From contig OX597820.1 in NCBI GenBank assembly GCA_951406725.2, positions 120,528,001 to 120,592,000 of the forward strand: a DNA stretch of 64,000 nt. Direction: 5' to 3'. This stretch comes from Octopus vulgaris. Lineage: Eukaryota. Position numbers and translations under genes: made by a program. Of the stretch, positions 42,181-55,365 are shown piece by piece (positions within the stretch are counted from its first letter, which is position 1; each line of letters opens with the position of its first letter). A model generated the notes under the pieces. It was not told where the DNA came from. It ran no database searches and saw only the letters and a program-made list of their open reading frames with translations.

Positions 42181-42396
42181 TATTTTGATATATATACACA
42201 TATACAATATATATCACTACACAGGATATGAATATACGTATATTTTATTAATATTTAGCAGAAGGAAAATAGTGACTCAAGTACTGATAATTTCGTGCAT
42301 CGGCACTTACTAACAGTTTCAAAAGTACAACGCACGAAATTACCGGCCCTTCAGTCACTCTGTTACTTCTAATACATGTTAGATATATATCAATGT

Positions 42397-42432
<36 letters not shown>

Positions 42433-42439
42433 ATATTTA

Positions 42440-42897
42440 CAGGGTGCGATGGATAAATTGTCACTATTTCATATTTTTAATTGTGCTCATGCGCATTGCT
42501 TACTTCCGATTTTGTCGACTATACACTATAGTAGGGTCAGTTGAGAAAAACATCACCATGACACAATTTACTCTGCCAGAAATCTGAGCACGACATGATA
42601 TACGGCTTGGCATTATCGCACCATCTCCCAATCGCGTACGACAGTGCTTGGGTGCCAATCTGAGGACAATGCAAAAATGAAGTTATGTCCCGTGTGTAAT
42701 AAAAAATCAAATGTCCAGCCAATCATCGTGTTTGGAGTGATGGTTGAAGCCAAAGTGATTTTATTGAATAAATTTACTCTTTTAGTATTTCAAGATATTT
42801 TTATGTAATTTTGGTAAATATGTCTATTAAAATGAAATACCGTTGATATTTTTGATTTTTGCGTAATTTAGACGACTATTGATTTCACCGCACCTTG
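42440..42897 (+). mobile_element. Non-autonomous Tc1/mariner element
   Basis: TA|CAGGGTGCG start and CGCACCTTG end forming imperfect ~25-bp TIRs. Confidence 0.65.
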
Positions 42898-42931
42898 TGG
42901 GTGTGTGTGTGTATACATATATATATGTGTA

Positions 42932-42942
42932 TATTATTATTA

Positions 42943-42992
<50 letters not shown>

Positions 42993-43016
42993 GATATTAT
43001 TATTATTATTGATATA

Positions 43017-43093
<77 letters not shown>

Positions 43094-43100
43094 CATTATT
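42932..43100. repeat. (ATT)n microsatellite
   Basis: Direct reading. Confidence 0.95.
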
Positions 43101-43842
43101 AAATATTAGTCTGAAATAAGTAATCGTGTAGACGTGATGAAATAGAACCTAAAGACGACATTGAATTAAGAACAGTGAACTAATTAAAAAACTACAAAAA
43201 AACAAACGCCGCCTCCGGATTAAACATTCGCTCAGAGCAATCTATTTGTTTAAAATTGCACAACATAGAGAAATGCAGGTATAAATCACACATATTTTAA
43301 CACCCACTCATATTTACACATAGTGATATAAACGCCCATATTGTGACCCACCGCATACGCACACACATCGGAGAAAAAATCTCCCGGATCAATTACCCCC
43401 AGTTTCGAGCGTAGATCAAAGAGTTGATATTGTGTTACATTATTTCGTCTAACCCTTGTAAACCTCTGGCTACATGCTTCTAATTATTTCCAGATGTGTG
43501 AACATTTGTATGTATATAAAATAACAGTTGGCAAAAAGAATGTTAGAAGGGATATGGGTGAATATACATGACATGCCTGCTGCTTAAAAAGAAATTGTAT
43601 GCGAGAATATATATACACATCCACAAACAAAAACCTACGTATGTATGTATGTATATACGTTTGGTTATATTTTTGGATTCGGGTCTAAATAGTTTTCATA
43701 CACGAATGAGCCTCACCGTAAATATATGTATCAGCGTATGAGTAATTGTGTATGCATGAGATTGAGTGTACACATGTATACATGGGTATTCGGGTCTCTA
43801 TATCTATATCCACATTTATATACACAGATACATACATATAAT

Positions 43843-44221
43843 CTTTTACTTGTTTCAGTCATTTAACTGCGGCCATGTTGGAGCACCACCTTTTGATCGA
43901 GCAACTCGACCCCGGGACTTATTCTTTTTCTATCGGTCTCTTTTGCCGAACCGCTAAGTAACGGGGACATAAACACACCAGCATCGGTTGTCAAGCAATG
44001 CTAGGGGGACAAACACAGACACACAAACATATACACACACATACATATACATATATATACATATATACGACAGGCTTCTTCCAGTTTCCGTCTACCAAAT
44101 CCACTCACAAGGCATTGGTCGGCCCGAGACTATAGCAGGCTTGCCCAAGATGCCACGCAGTGGGACTGAACCCGGAACCATGTGGTTGGTAAACAAGCTA
44201 CTTACCACACAGCCACTCCTG

Positions 44222-44222
<1 letters not shown>
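43843..44222 (-). mobile_element. SINE family A with small internal deletions
   Basis: Colinear with 7181-7602. Confidence 0.88.
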
Positions 44223-44269
<47 letters not shown>

Positions 44270-44524
44270 ATATATATATATATCCACATATATGCATATG
44301 TATGTGTGTGTGTGTGTGTGTATCTAGGTATGTGTGGTGTGTGTGTATTTAGATTATTTTTTTCATGTTTCACTCCTTAGATTGCGACCTCGCACCCCCA
44401 CCACTTCTCTATTCTATTTTCTTTTGCCTCTTACTTATTCTATTGTCCTCTTGACGAAACGCTATGTCCCGACGACACAAGCACACGAACTCTCACTGTC
44501 AAGCGGGGTTGCCAACACACACAC

Positions 44525-44670
44525 ACATGGTAGGGTGTTTGTTTCCAAATCACTTAGTTCTCAGTTCAATCCCACCGCGTTTCTAGTATATCACGGGACC
44601 AACTGTAAATTTATGGAATTGAGTGTAATTGGTAGACAGAAACTGAAAGAAGCTCGTAATATATATACAT

Positions 44671-44720
<50 letters not shown>

Positions 44721-44945
44721 CCTTTTGTGTTTGAGTTTGTCCTCCACTACCTCAGACAGCCAGTGTCGGGTTGTTTACGTCCTCGTATCTTAAAGATTCG
44801 ATTAAAGTCATCGGTATATTAAGTACGAGGCTAAAGAGAAATAAATAGAGGAGGGGGTTGATTCACCTCCGTAATATGTTTTCTAGGAAGTACTGCTGCA
44901 TGGCCACAGTCCATAACTGAAACATGCAAAACATTAAAGACAAAA
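44525..44945 (+). mobile_element. Old, diverged SINE family A copy with expanded internal (TG)n
   Basis: ggtagacagaaactgaaagaagc..tttgtcc..gcatggccacagtcc..actgaaac. Confidence 0.65.
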
Positions 44946-44948
44946 TAC

Positions 44949-45050
<102 letters not shown>

Positions 45051-46378
45051 GAGACACTGAAAAACTACGAAGCGGTGACAGGAGCGAAAATCAACCGGGA
45101 AAAGTCAGTGGGCTTGCGACTAGGCACCTGGAGAAGCAAGCCCATGCCGTCCACCAGCGCCTCCGTCGTGGGACGCTGGACCGACGGCCCGGTTGAGTTG
45201 CTCGGGGTCTGGTTTGGTCCGGACCTCCAAGTGGAGAAGAACTGGAACGAGATAACGAGTAGGGTGGTCACTCTCGCCCGGCAATGGGCCGAGAGGAAAC
45301 TGTCCCTAAAAGGTCGAGCGGAGGTGGCGAACACGTACATCGCGTCCGTCATCTACTACCGCCTGACCGTCGTACCTTGTCCCGACCCTACCATCACCAA
45401 ACTACAACGCATCCTCTTTCGCTTCTTGTGGAAAGGATGCGTCCCGATGGTCAGGCGATCCATTTGCTGTCAACACCCGTTAAAAGGAGGGCTGGGCATG
45501 CCGTGGTTGATGATGCGCAGACACGCGCTGAGACTGCGGCATCTCTGGCTCTATGTAGACGACGGTGAACAAGTGTGGTCGCCGTTTGTGAGGCACGCTT
45601 TCCCGCAGCTCGTCTCCATGACCGAACTGCAGTCGTGGATCAAAAAGAGGCCGAGGAAGGGCGAATGGCACCGCGAGTGTCGCGTTGCTCTCAAGCAACT
45701 CTGCCGTCCTGGGTCGACCTTAAGTGACTTCAACACAACCAAAGCATTCTATAGGGGTTTAGTGGAGGGGAGGTACGACGACGAGCTCGGGGCGAACCTG
45801 GACGTCGACGAGGAGTACCTGACCCGCCTGTTCAGGACGACTTTCGGGCCAGGGCCCATGGACAACTTCCAGAGATCCCTGGCCTGGCAGTGCTACCGAG
45901 AAGCGCTACCCGTTCGGGATAAGCTCTACAGACACGGCTCGAGAAACACGGGGCCGACCTGCCCGAGATGCGGTCAGAGCGACGAAACCGTTCTGCACGC
46001 ACTCGTTCAGTGTCCAACAATTTCCGACCTGTGGGCTTATGTCGAACAACTGCTGTCACGTGTGGGACGAGTCGGTTTATCAGCTGAGTCTATCGTCAAT
46101 ATTGTCACGCCTCCTTCCTTCAAACGGGAAGGAAGAGCTATTTTCATCATCCTTGTGGCTATGGCGAAAGAATGTATCTGGTGGACGCGTCTGAAAGGAT
46201 TGAGACAAACACTTTCCTCTCTGGTCAATCTCTCATCAACTTCTTCAAGTACCACTTGAAAAGGAAAGTGAGAGTAGAGAGGCAAGTTTTGTCTAGCGAA
46301 TGTTTTAAAAAAAGATGGGTGAATGTAGCAAGAATGGCACGTATGAATGACGAAGCCACCTTGAGCATAGTCCTATGA
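45051..46378 (+). pseudogene. Tx1-type ORF2 fragment (end of RT, CCHC zinc knuckle), one frameshift near 46205
   Basis: TGAKINREKS, LGVWFG, WAERKLSLKGRAEVAN, GGLGMP, CPRCGQSDETVLHALVQC; C-terminus continues in the 46172-46378 frame. Confidence 0.9.
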
Positions 46379-46763
46379 ACCCAGAAATCGAAAACAGAGA
46401 GTTGCTTATTTGCAAAAAAAAAAAAAAAAGAAATATAAAATGTGACATCATTGACCGAGGTTACCGTGGTCTTTTCCGTAGGCTTTTCTTTGCACGGGTA
46501 AACCTCACCTGTCCTCCCCTTTACACTTCATATTGACATTTCTGTGATAACGATCCCTATTGATCAATTTTTTTCCTCCCCCTTTTTTTTAAACCCCCTT
46601 TTTTTGTCCTCTTTCTCTCCTTTTACGATCCCTTTTGATCGAAACTCCCCCTTCCTTTTTTTTTTTTTTTTTTTTTTTTTTCTTTCTTAAACCTTCAAAA
46701 GAAAAGCTCTACCTTGTAATTTGTTCTATCTGTGTGCAGCCCTGTGTGGCTAATAAAGAAACA
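45051..46763 (+). mobile_element. 5'-truncated L1/Tx1-clade LINE inserted in a (TATC)n array
   Basis: GC-rich ORF2 C-terminal half, T-rich 3'UTR, AATAAA at ~46752; (CTAT)n on both sides. Confidence 0.92.
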
Positions 46764-47090
<327 letters not shown>

Positions 47091-47442
47091 CCGTGTGCTT
47101 GAGTGTGCCGGTATACATATATAGGCATGTATGTAGGAGCGTGTGTCGTTTAGTTAGATTTCCCGGCACCGCAATTGCTGTCGGTTTTTTTGCATCAATG
47201 TTACTAAGTGCTTCATCAAAATCAGACGAAAGAAAACGTTACACAAACAAATACACCAATCGGAGAGCGACCACACCTTGCATCTCTCTAAAATGAACAT
47301 TACGTAAGAGAACGTTTTCGTAAATAAACCAATTCATACATGCATATTTGCATGTATGTTTGCAAATATACGTGAATGTAACACTTTGTTCATCTGTAAT
47401 TTGCCGGTTATTATGAATAAAATCATACATACATACATACAT

Positions 47443-47493
<51 letters not shown>

Positions 47494-48115
47494 CATACAC
47501 ATATTTACACAATGTATACATGTATCCTGATTGTTATCTTTGCAAATACATATATACGATATTATCTCGTTCTTCTTTGTATGTATGATTTGTAATCAAC
47601 GTGAAAATATAAACGGCAAACATGAAAAATCACGTTACATTTAACTGCAGTTTCAATGTTTTATCTCCTCCGAAAGATATCGTTCATAGCCATGCGCTAA
47701 AATAAAAATAGGTATAGTTCAAACAAATCTTTGCTGTTCTTTATACTGTTATAGGTTTAGCTCGTGTTCAAGATATTCTAAATCACACGAAATGAAGGAA
47801 AATATATCGAAGAATTTAGTGCAATACTCCCTATTTGGCGTGGGAGATTATTTATTGAAAATACGATGAATACTATCTGCAACTTTGGAGTCAGAGCCCT
47901 CAGCCTTGTTAACCAATTGGTTAATCTTCAGATAAATTAAATGAGGAGGGTCCTCTTATACACGTTCGTAGTGATTTTCGACTGAGTTTGAATTTAGCAT
48001 GCAGCATGTAACTACAAACGACATGGCTGGAGTCAGCCAAAGAACAGAATGAAAACTACAGCTCAACAAACAGGTAAACAAATTCTTTCCAGCTGTAGTT
48101 ATAGAAGAAACCGTA

Positions 48116-48191
<76 letters not shown>

Positions 48192-48196
<5 letters not shown>

Positions 48197-48372
48197 AGGT
48201 TTGGATATGATGTACAGGTATTTTATATTAGAAGAAATGAGGTACTCAGAATTTCGGATGGTTTTATATTTATAGATATTTATTTGTATATTACATGTTT
48301 TTATACATCATATAACTTATATTATATATCATAAATTAGCGCTTTTGTCCATTCTGGTGGATTTTTCAAATA
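48192..48372 (-). mobile_element. Penelope pLTR-like fragment abutting (TA)n with decayed hammerhead motif
   Basis: Minus strand TTGAAAA-ATCCA-CCAGAA-TGGAC-AAAA-GCGC-TA at 48337-48369. Confidence 0.4.
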
Positions 48373-48439
48373 TATATATGGTGCCCCAGCATGGCCACAG
48401 CTCATTAGCTGAAACTGGAAAAATCAAAATCAAAAAATC

Positions 48440-48475
<36 letters not shown>

Positions 48476-49240
48476 ATGTATGTGTGTGTTTATGTATGTA
48501 TGTATGTATGTATGTATGTATGTATGTATGTATGTATGTACGTATTTATGCATGTGCGAGTATGTAAGTGGTTATATGTTTGTCAGTATCTAAACTGTAG
48601 AACAAAGTATAGTCTAAATAAGTTTATTCTAAATTACATCGATTTTTCGTGTTTATTGACTAAGATGGCAGTATATAAGTGCGAAATATTTCTAATAGGT
48701 CACTAATATTTAAAATGTTTGAAGTTAATGAGAAGAAATTGTAAGATTTCTTTCATTATGAAAATGCTTTTACATTCTATAATATGTTAAAGTGAATTTT
48801 CAAATTTGTCATCTCATATACGTTGGATGTAACTAACTGTTTCATTAAATATTATTTATCCGTGCATTTCATTATAAAAAGAAAAAAATATATTGCAAAG
48901 ACACTCGGAGGTTTCGGTCTTGTCTTATTTCAAAAGAAAAATTTTAAAAACTTATTTACAAATTAATTTATTTATTACATTGTAAGTTTAAAAACAAAGT
49001 TTATATCTAAATACAACGATGTTCTAGAAAATTTTAGTGAGTTTTTGATTAATATTCTTACTAACTCATTTTAAATATATTTTAGATATTCTGACACACG
49101 GTCGAAATGTTCTCCTGCATTCTTCCAATAATGTTAATACGAAGCAATTTACCTTAAACGCTTGACTACTAGTAAGTCGTATCCGTCTTTCATTCGCATT
49201 CTCATTAATACCGATTAATATATCTTAGATATTCTATAAT

Positions 49241-49445
49241 GCGGCGAGCTCTCAGAGTAGTCAACACGGCAGGCAAAATACTTCATGGCATTTCGCCTGT
49301 CATTAACTTCTAAGTTCAAATTCCACTGAGATCTACTTTACTTTTCCTCCTTCCCGGGTCGATAAAGCAAGTACCATTTGAGCAGTGGGGTCGACGTAAT
49401 TGATTTACTCCCCCAAATGGCATGTCTTCTGAAAAAAGTTGAAAT
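49241..49445 (+). mobile_element. Old SINE family B copy
   Basis: gcggcgagct..gttcaaattcc..gggtcgataaa..agtacc..ggggtcga. Confidence 0.7.
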
Positions 49446-50014
49446 CAAAATAATTTAGATCTTATAAAACACTCTTATGGCATTGTATCTTTTACTTCCA
49501 AAAATATTGGTTCGAAGGTATTTACCAAATATGGACTGTATGACAAATAATTTGTCGACATCTGCATTGATCCTTTGAATTCCTGAGAAAATACAGTTAC
49601 GATGGAAACAAACACTAAATATTAATTTAAGATTAATCTGCTCATTTCATAAAAGTAGTTTTGCAAACCGATGGATCATTGATTGCAAAATGTTATTCCT
49701 CATTTTTATTTTTACAAATTTAAGAATTTTTAATTAGAAATGTGTCACAAGATTCAGAAAACAAACATCTATGAGCAACTATTTAACGAACAATTGTTAG
49801 TGTAATACTTTGATAGGTATTTAACCTCGTCAGCCACCATGGGGCATGCTCAACTGGTTAAGGTCAAACAACTGACAAGCAAATCTATGGTATTGAGCAG
49901 AATATTTGCTGTAACCTATTTTGTTACCAAGACAAAACAATGTACAGGATAACACTTCCAATCACTTAAGATCAGAAGCTATGCGGGCCACTACCTGGTA
50001 TTGCATTAGGACAA

Positions 50015-50436
50015 ATAATGAAAATAGACGATGAGATGGAGAATAGGGATCCAGACGTAATTGAGAAAGAAAGCAAACTATACTGGATCATAGATATAGC
50101 ATGCCCAGCTGACAACAAGGTATGTGATAAGGAAGAAAGAAAAGTCGAAAGTTATGACAGGTTAGCTTGGGAAGTTAAGTAGTTGTGGTCGATGTAAAAG
50201 GTAGCAGTAGTACCAATAATTGCCGGAGCCCTGGGAACAGTGAGCAAAACTTTTGAGAAGTAGGTTGAACAAGAAGTGGCTGCAATAAGAGTGGAGCACT
50301 AGCAGAAAACAGCACTGCTTGGAACCGCTCGAAAACTCCGGAAGGTGCCCGAAAAATAAGGGGGGTTACCTTCGTTCACTGATATTGAACAGCTGACACC
50401 ATAGTAGATCTCCAGCGTAAGAAGCTGTGCAAAGGC

Positions 50437-50504
<68 letters not shown>

Positions 50505-50511
50505 TAATAAT
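50015..50511 (+). mobile_element. R4/Dong-type LINE 3' fragment with (AAT)n tail
   Basis: PDVIEKESKLYWIIDIACPADNKV..VVPIIAGALGTV..QKTALLGTARKLRKV, short 3'UTR, (AAT)n 50438-50511. Confidence 0.9.
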
Positions 50512-51536
50512 AAAATTTCAATATACATTTATAGCATTCATGAATAATTTTTTTACAAATATGTTATTTGTATTACTATTTTCATAGGGCTGTGAGCTGG
50601 CGTAATCGTTAGTACTCCGAGGGAAAACTGATCGTCGGAAATTTTGTACATTTTCACGTTCTAAGTTTATATCTCGCCCGAGTTAAATTTGTGTTACTAT
50701 TGCCACCAATGTAATTCCAATTAACCCAGCGTTACGAAATGGAGTCGGTTAAAGCCATGAATGCAGCGCCTCATTCCTTTCCTTTAGTATAAAGTTTAGG
50801 AGCATTGGGCAAGACAGCGGTAAGTGTGGGAGGTGTAGTCCTCACAGCAGATATAGTAGTTGTAGCATTAAGAGTAGTAACCGCTTCACCCCTACAGTGG
50901 TAAATACGATGTCGTGATTTCGTTATGAAAGTTGTTTCTTTTAAAATTTAACTTCAATTAATTTTCTTATGCATGATTAGGTTTCCTAAAATAAATGAAA
51001 CCGGTTGAATATTTTAATAAAAATGTAAATATTTTTGCCTTGTTATTTAAGTGAAATTTCACAAACCATCTTTCTACTTTTTCTTTCTATATCTTTGTAT
51101 TGCTGTGTGTATGTGTGTGCGTTTGTGTATATATGTGTGAGTGTGTGAGTGACTGTGTCTGAATTTGCCTATCGCTAAGTATTCTTGTGTATGTACGTTT
51201 TTGTATATGTGAGTATTCAGTGTCTCATTTCAAAAACTATTTGTGCTAGACATTTTGACACAAAGCTGTTTCCGTTTTATAAAGATATCCATGAAGCAAT
51301 TACCATCCATAAGAATATGATGCCATATTTTTATTCTTCCTTCTTTAAGCCACAGTTTGTGGAGATTCTTAGGCATCAACATTTGGTATATTTATTTCAC
51401 TTGCGAATTCCAGTCGGTATATTTTGTTTCGGGGTGTAAACGTGCTGGAAACCCAACCGCATTTACGGTTCTTAGCATGATATATTTTTACCTCGTTAAA
51501 TAAAAATTGGTCTGTGTTTTTTTCTGTCATATTTGT

Positions 51537-51957
51537 TACTCTTTTACTTGTTTCAGTCATTTGACTGCGGCCATGCTGGAGCACCACCTTTAGTCGAGCA
51601 AATCGACCCCGAGACTTATTCTTTGTAAGCCCAGTACTTATTATATCGGTCTCTTTTTGCCGAACCGCTAAGTGACGGGGACGTAAACACACTACCATCG
51701 GTTGTCAAGCGATGGTGGGGGGACAAACACAGACACACAAACATATATATAGACACACACACACACACATACATATATATATATACATATATACGACAGG
51801 CTTCTTTCAGTTTCCGTCTACCAAATCCACTCACACGGCATTGGTCGGCCCAAGGCTATAGCAGAAGACACTTGCCCAAGGTGCCACGCAGTGGGACTGA
51901 ACCCGGAACTATGTGATTGGTAAGCAAGCTACTTACCACCCAGCCACTCCTGCGCCT
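51537..51957 (-). mobile_element. SINE family A, full length
   Basis: Near-identical to 7181-7602. Confidence 0.9.
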
Positions 51958-52631
51958 ATCGTTATTAATATATCTGAAAGGTATTGAAAATCCTTATGCT
52001 CCAGAGAATATTACAGTATTTTGTCTTCACTGTTCGTTTGTACATTTGATAGACTATACTGCAGTCCAGCTCACGCGGTTTTTCTAGTTTTCAATCGCAA
52101 TGGCAGATGTTAGATATTATAAGAACCCCATAATCATACATGCTTGCACGTGCGTGTATATGTGTTAAAGTGAGTGTGGTGTGGATGATTGATGCATGTG
52201 AGATACGTTTATTATTGCATATCTTCCCTCTTTAGTGCAGAGTCTAATGTATTTTTGCCTCTCCTCGTTTACAAGTACTGAAGCAATGTTCGTGTTAAAA
52301 CAGCATTGGATTATCTCGTACTCGGCATTTGAATGACACTAAATGGCAAATATGTCCGATTAGGATAAGTACTCCAACCACCTGAACCATGACGTTTTCC
52401 ATTGTTCAGGTCCTTAATGGTTTCTGAAGTCATTCAGGTGTAAATTATTTATAAATGTTTTCATAAGACTCAAAATCGTCCAAGGTGTACTTTAATAGAT
52501 ATGTTTCTGCTTCGATGCAAGCAGTTTTCCATATAAAAAGAAAATTATAAACTGAACACGTTCACTGGGCACGACACACATACACACACATGCATATATA
52601 TATATTAAATCAAATTTCACAGTATAAACAT

Positions 52632-53226
52632 AAATTAAATTAGAGATAAAACAACTATTAGGCAACTCAAACAGTGATAGACATAACCCAAAACATAAAA
52701 AACAAAAAAATATATATATAATTAATATAATATAGAAAATATATTTAAAATATGAAATTTAAAATTTGAATTATTAAAATTTTAAATTTTTAAATTTATG
52801 TTTATAATTTTTTATATTTTTATATTTTAAATTTTAAATTTATAAATTTTTAAACTTTTATTTCTTTAAAAAACATTTTAAACTAACCAAAAAGTATTAA
52901 AATTTTAATATCATATAATAAGCAATAAGTAAATAATATAATATTATATAATACTTATTATACTATATTAAACTTTTTAATACTTTTTGGTTAGTTTGAA
53001 AATTAAAATAAAAATAAAAGTTTAAAAATTTATAAATTTAAAATTTAAAATATAAAAATATAAGAATTTATAAATATAGATTTAAAAATTTGAATTTTAA
53101 ATTTTATATGTTATATATATTTTGTATATTATATTAATTATATTTTTTATTTTTTGTTTTTTATGTTTTGGTTTATGTCTATCACTGTTTGAGTTGCCTA
53201 ATAGTGGCTTTATCTCTAATTTTATT

Positions 53227-53227
<1 letters not shown>
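52632..53227. repeat. ~600-bp imperfect, extremely AT-rich palindrome
   Basis: Outer arms ttagagataaa..ctattaggcaactcaaacagtgatagacataa and reverse complement; inner arms aactaaccaaaaagtattaaaa (52881) and reverse complement (52975-52996). Confidence 0.88.
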
Positions 53228-53311
<84 letters not shown>

Positions 53312-54537
53312 ATGTGTGTAACAATCGACTTCTTCCTTAAAGAAAAGATCAATGATTAAAAGCAGAAGGGCACATATTCATACATATATAAATACATACA
53401 TACACATCTATGTATATATACGTGTGTGTGTGTGCGTGTGTGTGTGAGTATGTGTGTATATACACATTCACACATGTATATATATATATATATATATACA
53501 TATGGAATTTCGTGTAATATTGAATGCTGTAGAATGATTTGATTTTATATTTAATTCCTTGATCTTCATCGCTGTGACCATTTTTCGTTGAAAATTTGTT
53601 CTAACTGGACTTGAAACCCGTTCATTGATATTTATGTCTTTTACTTTATCTACTTCGAGACAATACCGCAGGTATACACTCTGAAAACACGTGACAGTTT
53701 TTCAATATTTAAAAGGTTTTCGCTGTTGTGTCTGTCGACGGATAGTTACATGCATTTAATATCTGCTCTTTGATCTAGTGTTTTAATTTTTATATCTCTA
53801 TTATAATAATGTCATAGTTCCCAATGCTTCGGCAAAATGCACTAAATTCGCTACGAGGAAGTTTCCATGTATTTGTTGGAAAATATGTACGGACAACGTG
53901 AATGGCAGGCAACACTTATCTCTCACGAAGTTTGGTGTTTGTTTCTTGAACGAAAGCACTTTCATGAGAACGGAAAGACTTCAGTGACATGCGCATGAAA
54001 ACTTTGTTATCTCCGTGAGTGACAACTTGTCAACATAGCATTTTAAAGGCCATGAACTATATGCATGTTATGTTAAGAGGCATTCACTCACATTTTTCTG
54101 TGGCATTTATTAAATCAGTTATGGCAACTCTGCTGGCTTTACCGGTTGTGGTTTTACAGTTGTATTTTAACATTGGCTTTCACTCATCTTTGCAGTATTA
54201 CGCCAAACTCGATAAATGAAAAGACAGCCTACCGAAGATCATTTCTATTCCGCTTATACACACAATCAGACACACAAACATGCACGTCCTCCACATACAC
54301 GCACACATACACATGTAAATACAATGAAAGAGTGCAAAGAGTTGCAGGTCAGATTAGGTGTGAGTATCAAGGAGAACAACTATAGTCTGATGTATGAGTG
54401 TGTGTGCTTGCTTGTTTCTATGTGCGTGTGTGTATAAAAATATTCTATGCATGAATACTTGTTCTATATCTAAGAGATCAGGAATTATTTACTTTATTTA
54501 CGTTTGTCGGATGTTTGTCCTCATCCTGTTTGTTGTT

Positions 54538-54583
54538 AACACTACGTTTCGGCTGATATACTCTCCAGCCTTCATCAGATGTC
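54538..54583 (-). ncRNA. Putative minimal hammerhead ribozyme in a short repeat abutting (TAA)n
   Basis: GACAT-CTGATGA-A-GGCTG-GAGAGTATAT-CAGCC-GAAA-CG-TA-GTGTT: intact core, 5-bp stem II, wobble-containing stem I. Confidence 0.6.
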
Positions 54584-54630
54584 TTGGAGAAATTTCGAAC
54601 CTGTGTTCTCATTCCTAAGGTATTTTTCGA

Positions 54631-54632
<2 letters not shown>

Positions 54633-54703
<71 letters not shown>

Positions 54704-54792
54704 ATTATTATTACTATTATTATTATTATTATTATTGCTTTTGCACAGCTTCTAACGCTGAAGATGTCTTACAGTGTCAGCTGTTCACTACC
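54633..54792 (-). mobile_element. R4/Dong 3'UTR fragment with (AAT)n tail
   Basis: 54737-54792 is the reverse complement of the 3'UTR at ~50381-50436. Confidence 0.8.
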
Positions 54793-54794
54793 TG

Positions 54795-55195
54795 TGAACG
54801 AAGGCCCAGATCCAGTGGGTCGGACATGTAGTCCGAAAGGACGACGCGCGTCTACCAAAGATGATCTTGCTGCGCTGCCTTCTGAGCTGGCTTCTGGAGC
54901 AAGAAACCCTGAAAGGCCACTGAGGCAATACAAGGACAGCCGTGACTGGGAATCGCTTGCCCCTGCCCGCGGCGCCTGGCTTCCAGCTGTCCAAAAGCGT
55001 GTTAGGCTGTTCGAGGAAAAGCGCCTCAAGAGCCTGGACCAGAAGTGACAAGCACGAAAAGAGAGGATCCCCAACACTGCTTCTGCTGTCACGTGGCCCA
55101 ACATGTGGCCGCGTCTGCGCATCCGCATTTGGGTTCCGCTCCCACCTCCGGCGTCACAGACGTCATTGTCGAACTCCGACAGACTTCCATTATTA
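54795..55195 (+). mobile_element. RTE (BovB-like) LINE 3' fragment
   Basis: AQIQWVGHVVRKDDARLPKMIL, SELASGAR..RPLRQYKD, WESLA..R..W, GRVCASAFGFRSHLRRH. Confidence 0.85.
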
Positions 55196-55244
55196 TAAGC
55201 AATCTTATATGAACAACCTAACACATTCACCTCAGCGTGCGCAA

Positions 55245-55365
55245 ATGTCGACTTTGCCTTTTATCCTTTCGGGGTCGATGAAATAAGTACCAGTTAGGCA
55301 CTGGGGTGGAGGAAGTCGACTATCCTCTTCCTTAGAATTTCAGACTTTGTGCCTATAGTGGAAAA
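55245..55365 (+). mobile_element. SINE family B partial
   Basis: gtcgactttgcctt..cctttcggggtcgat..agtaccagtt. Confidence 0.75.

Noticed and set aside
54584-55048. 154-aa ORF as a membrane protein
   Set aside because: Chance read-through of a repeat end, (ATT)n, an antisense Dong UTR and an RTE fragment
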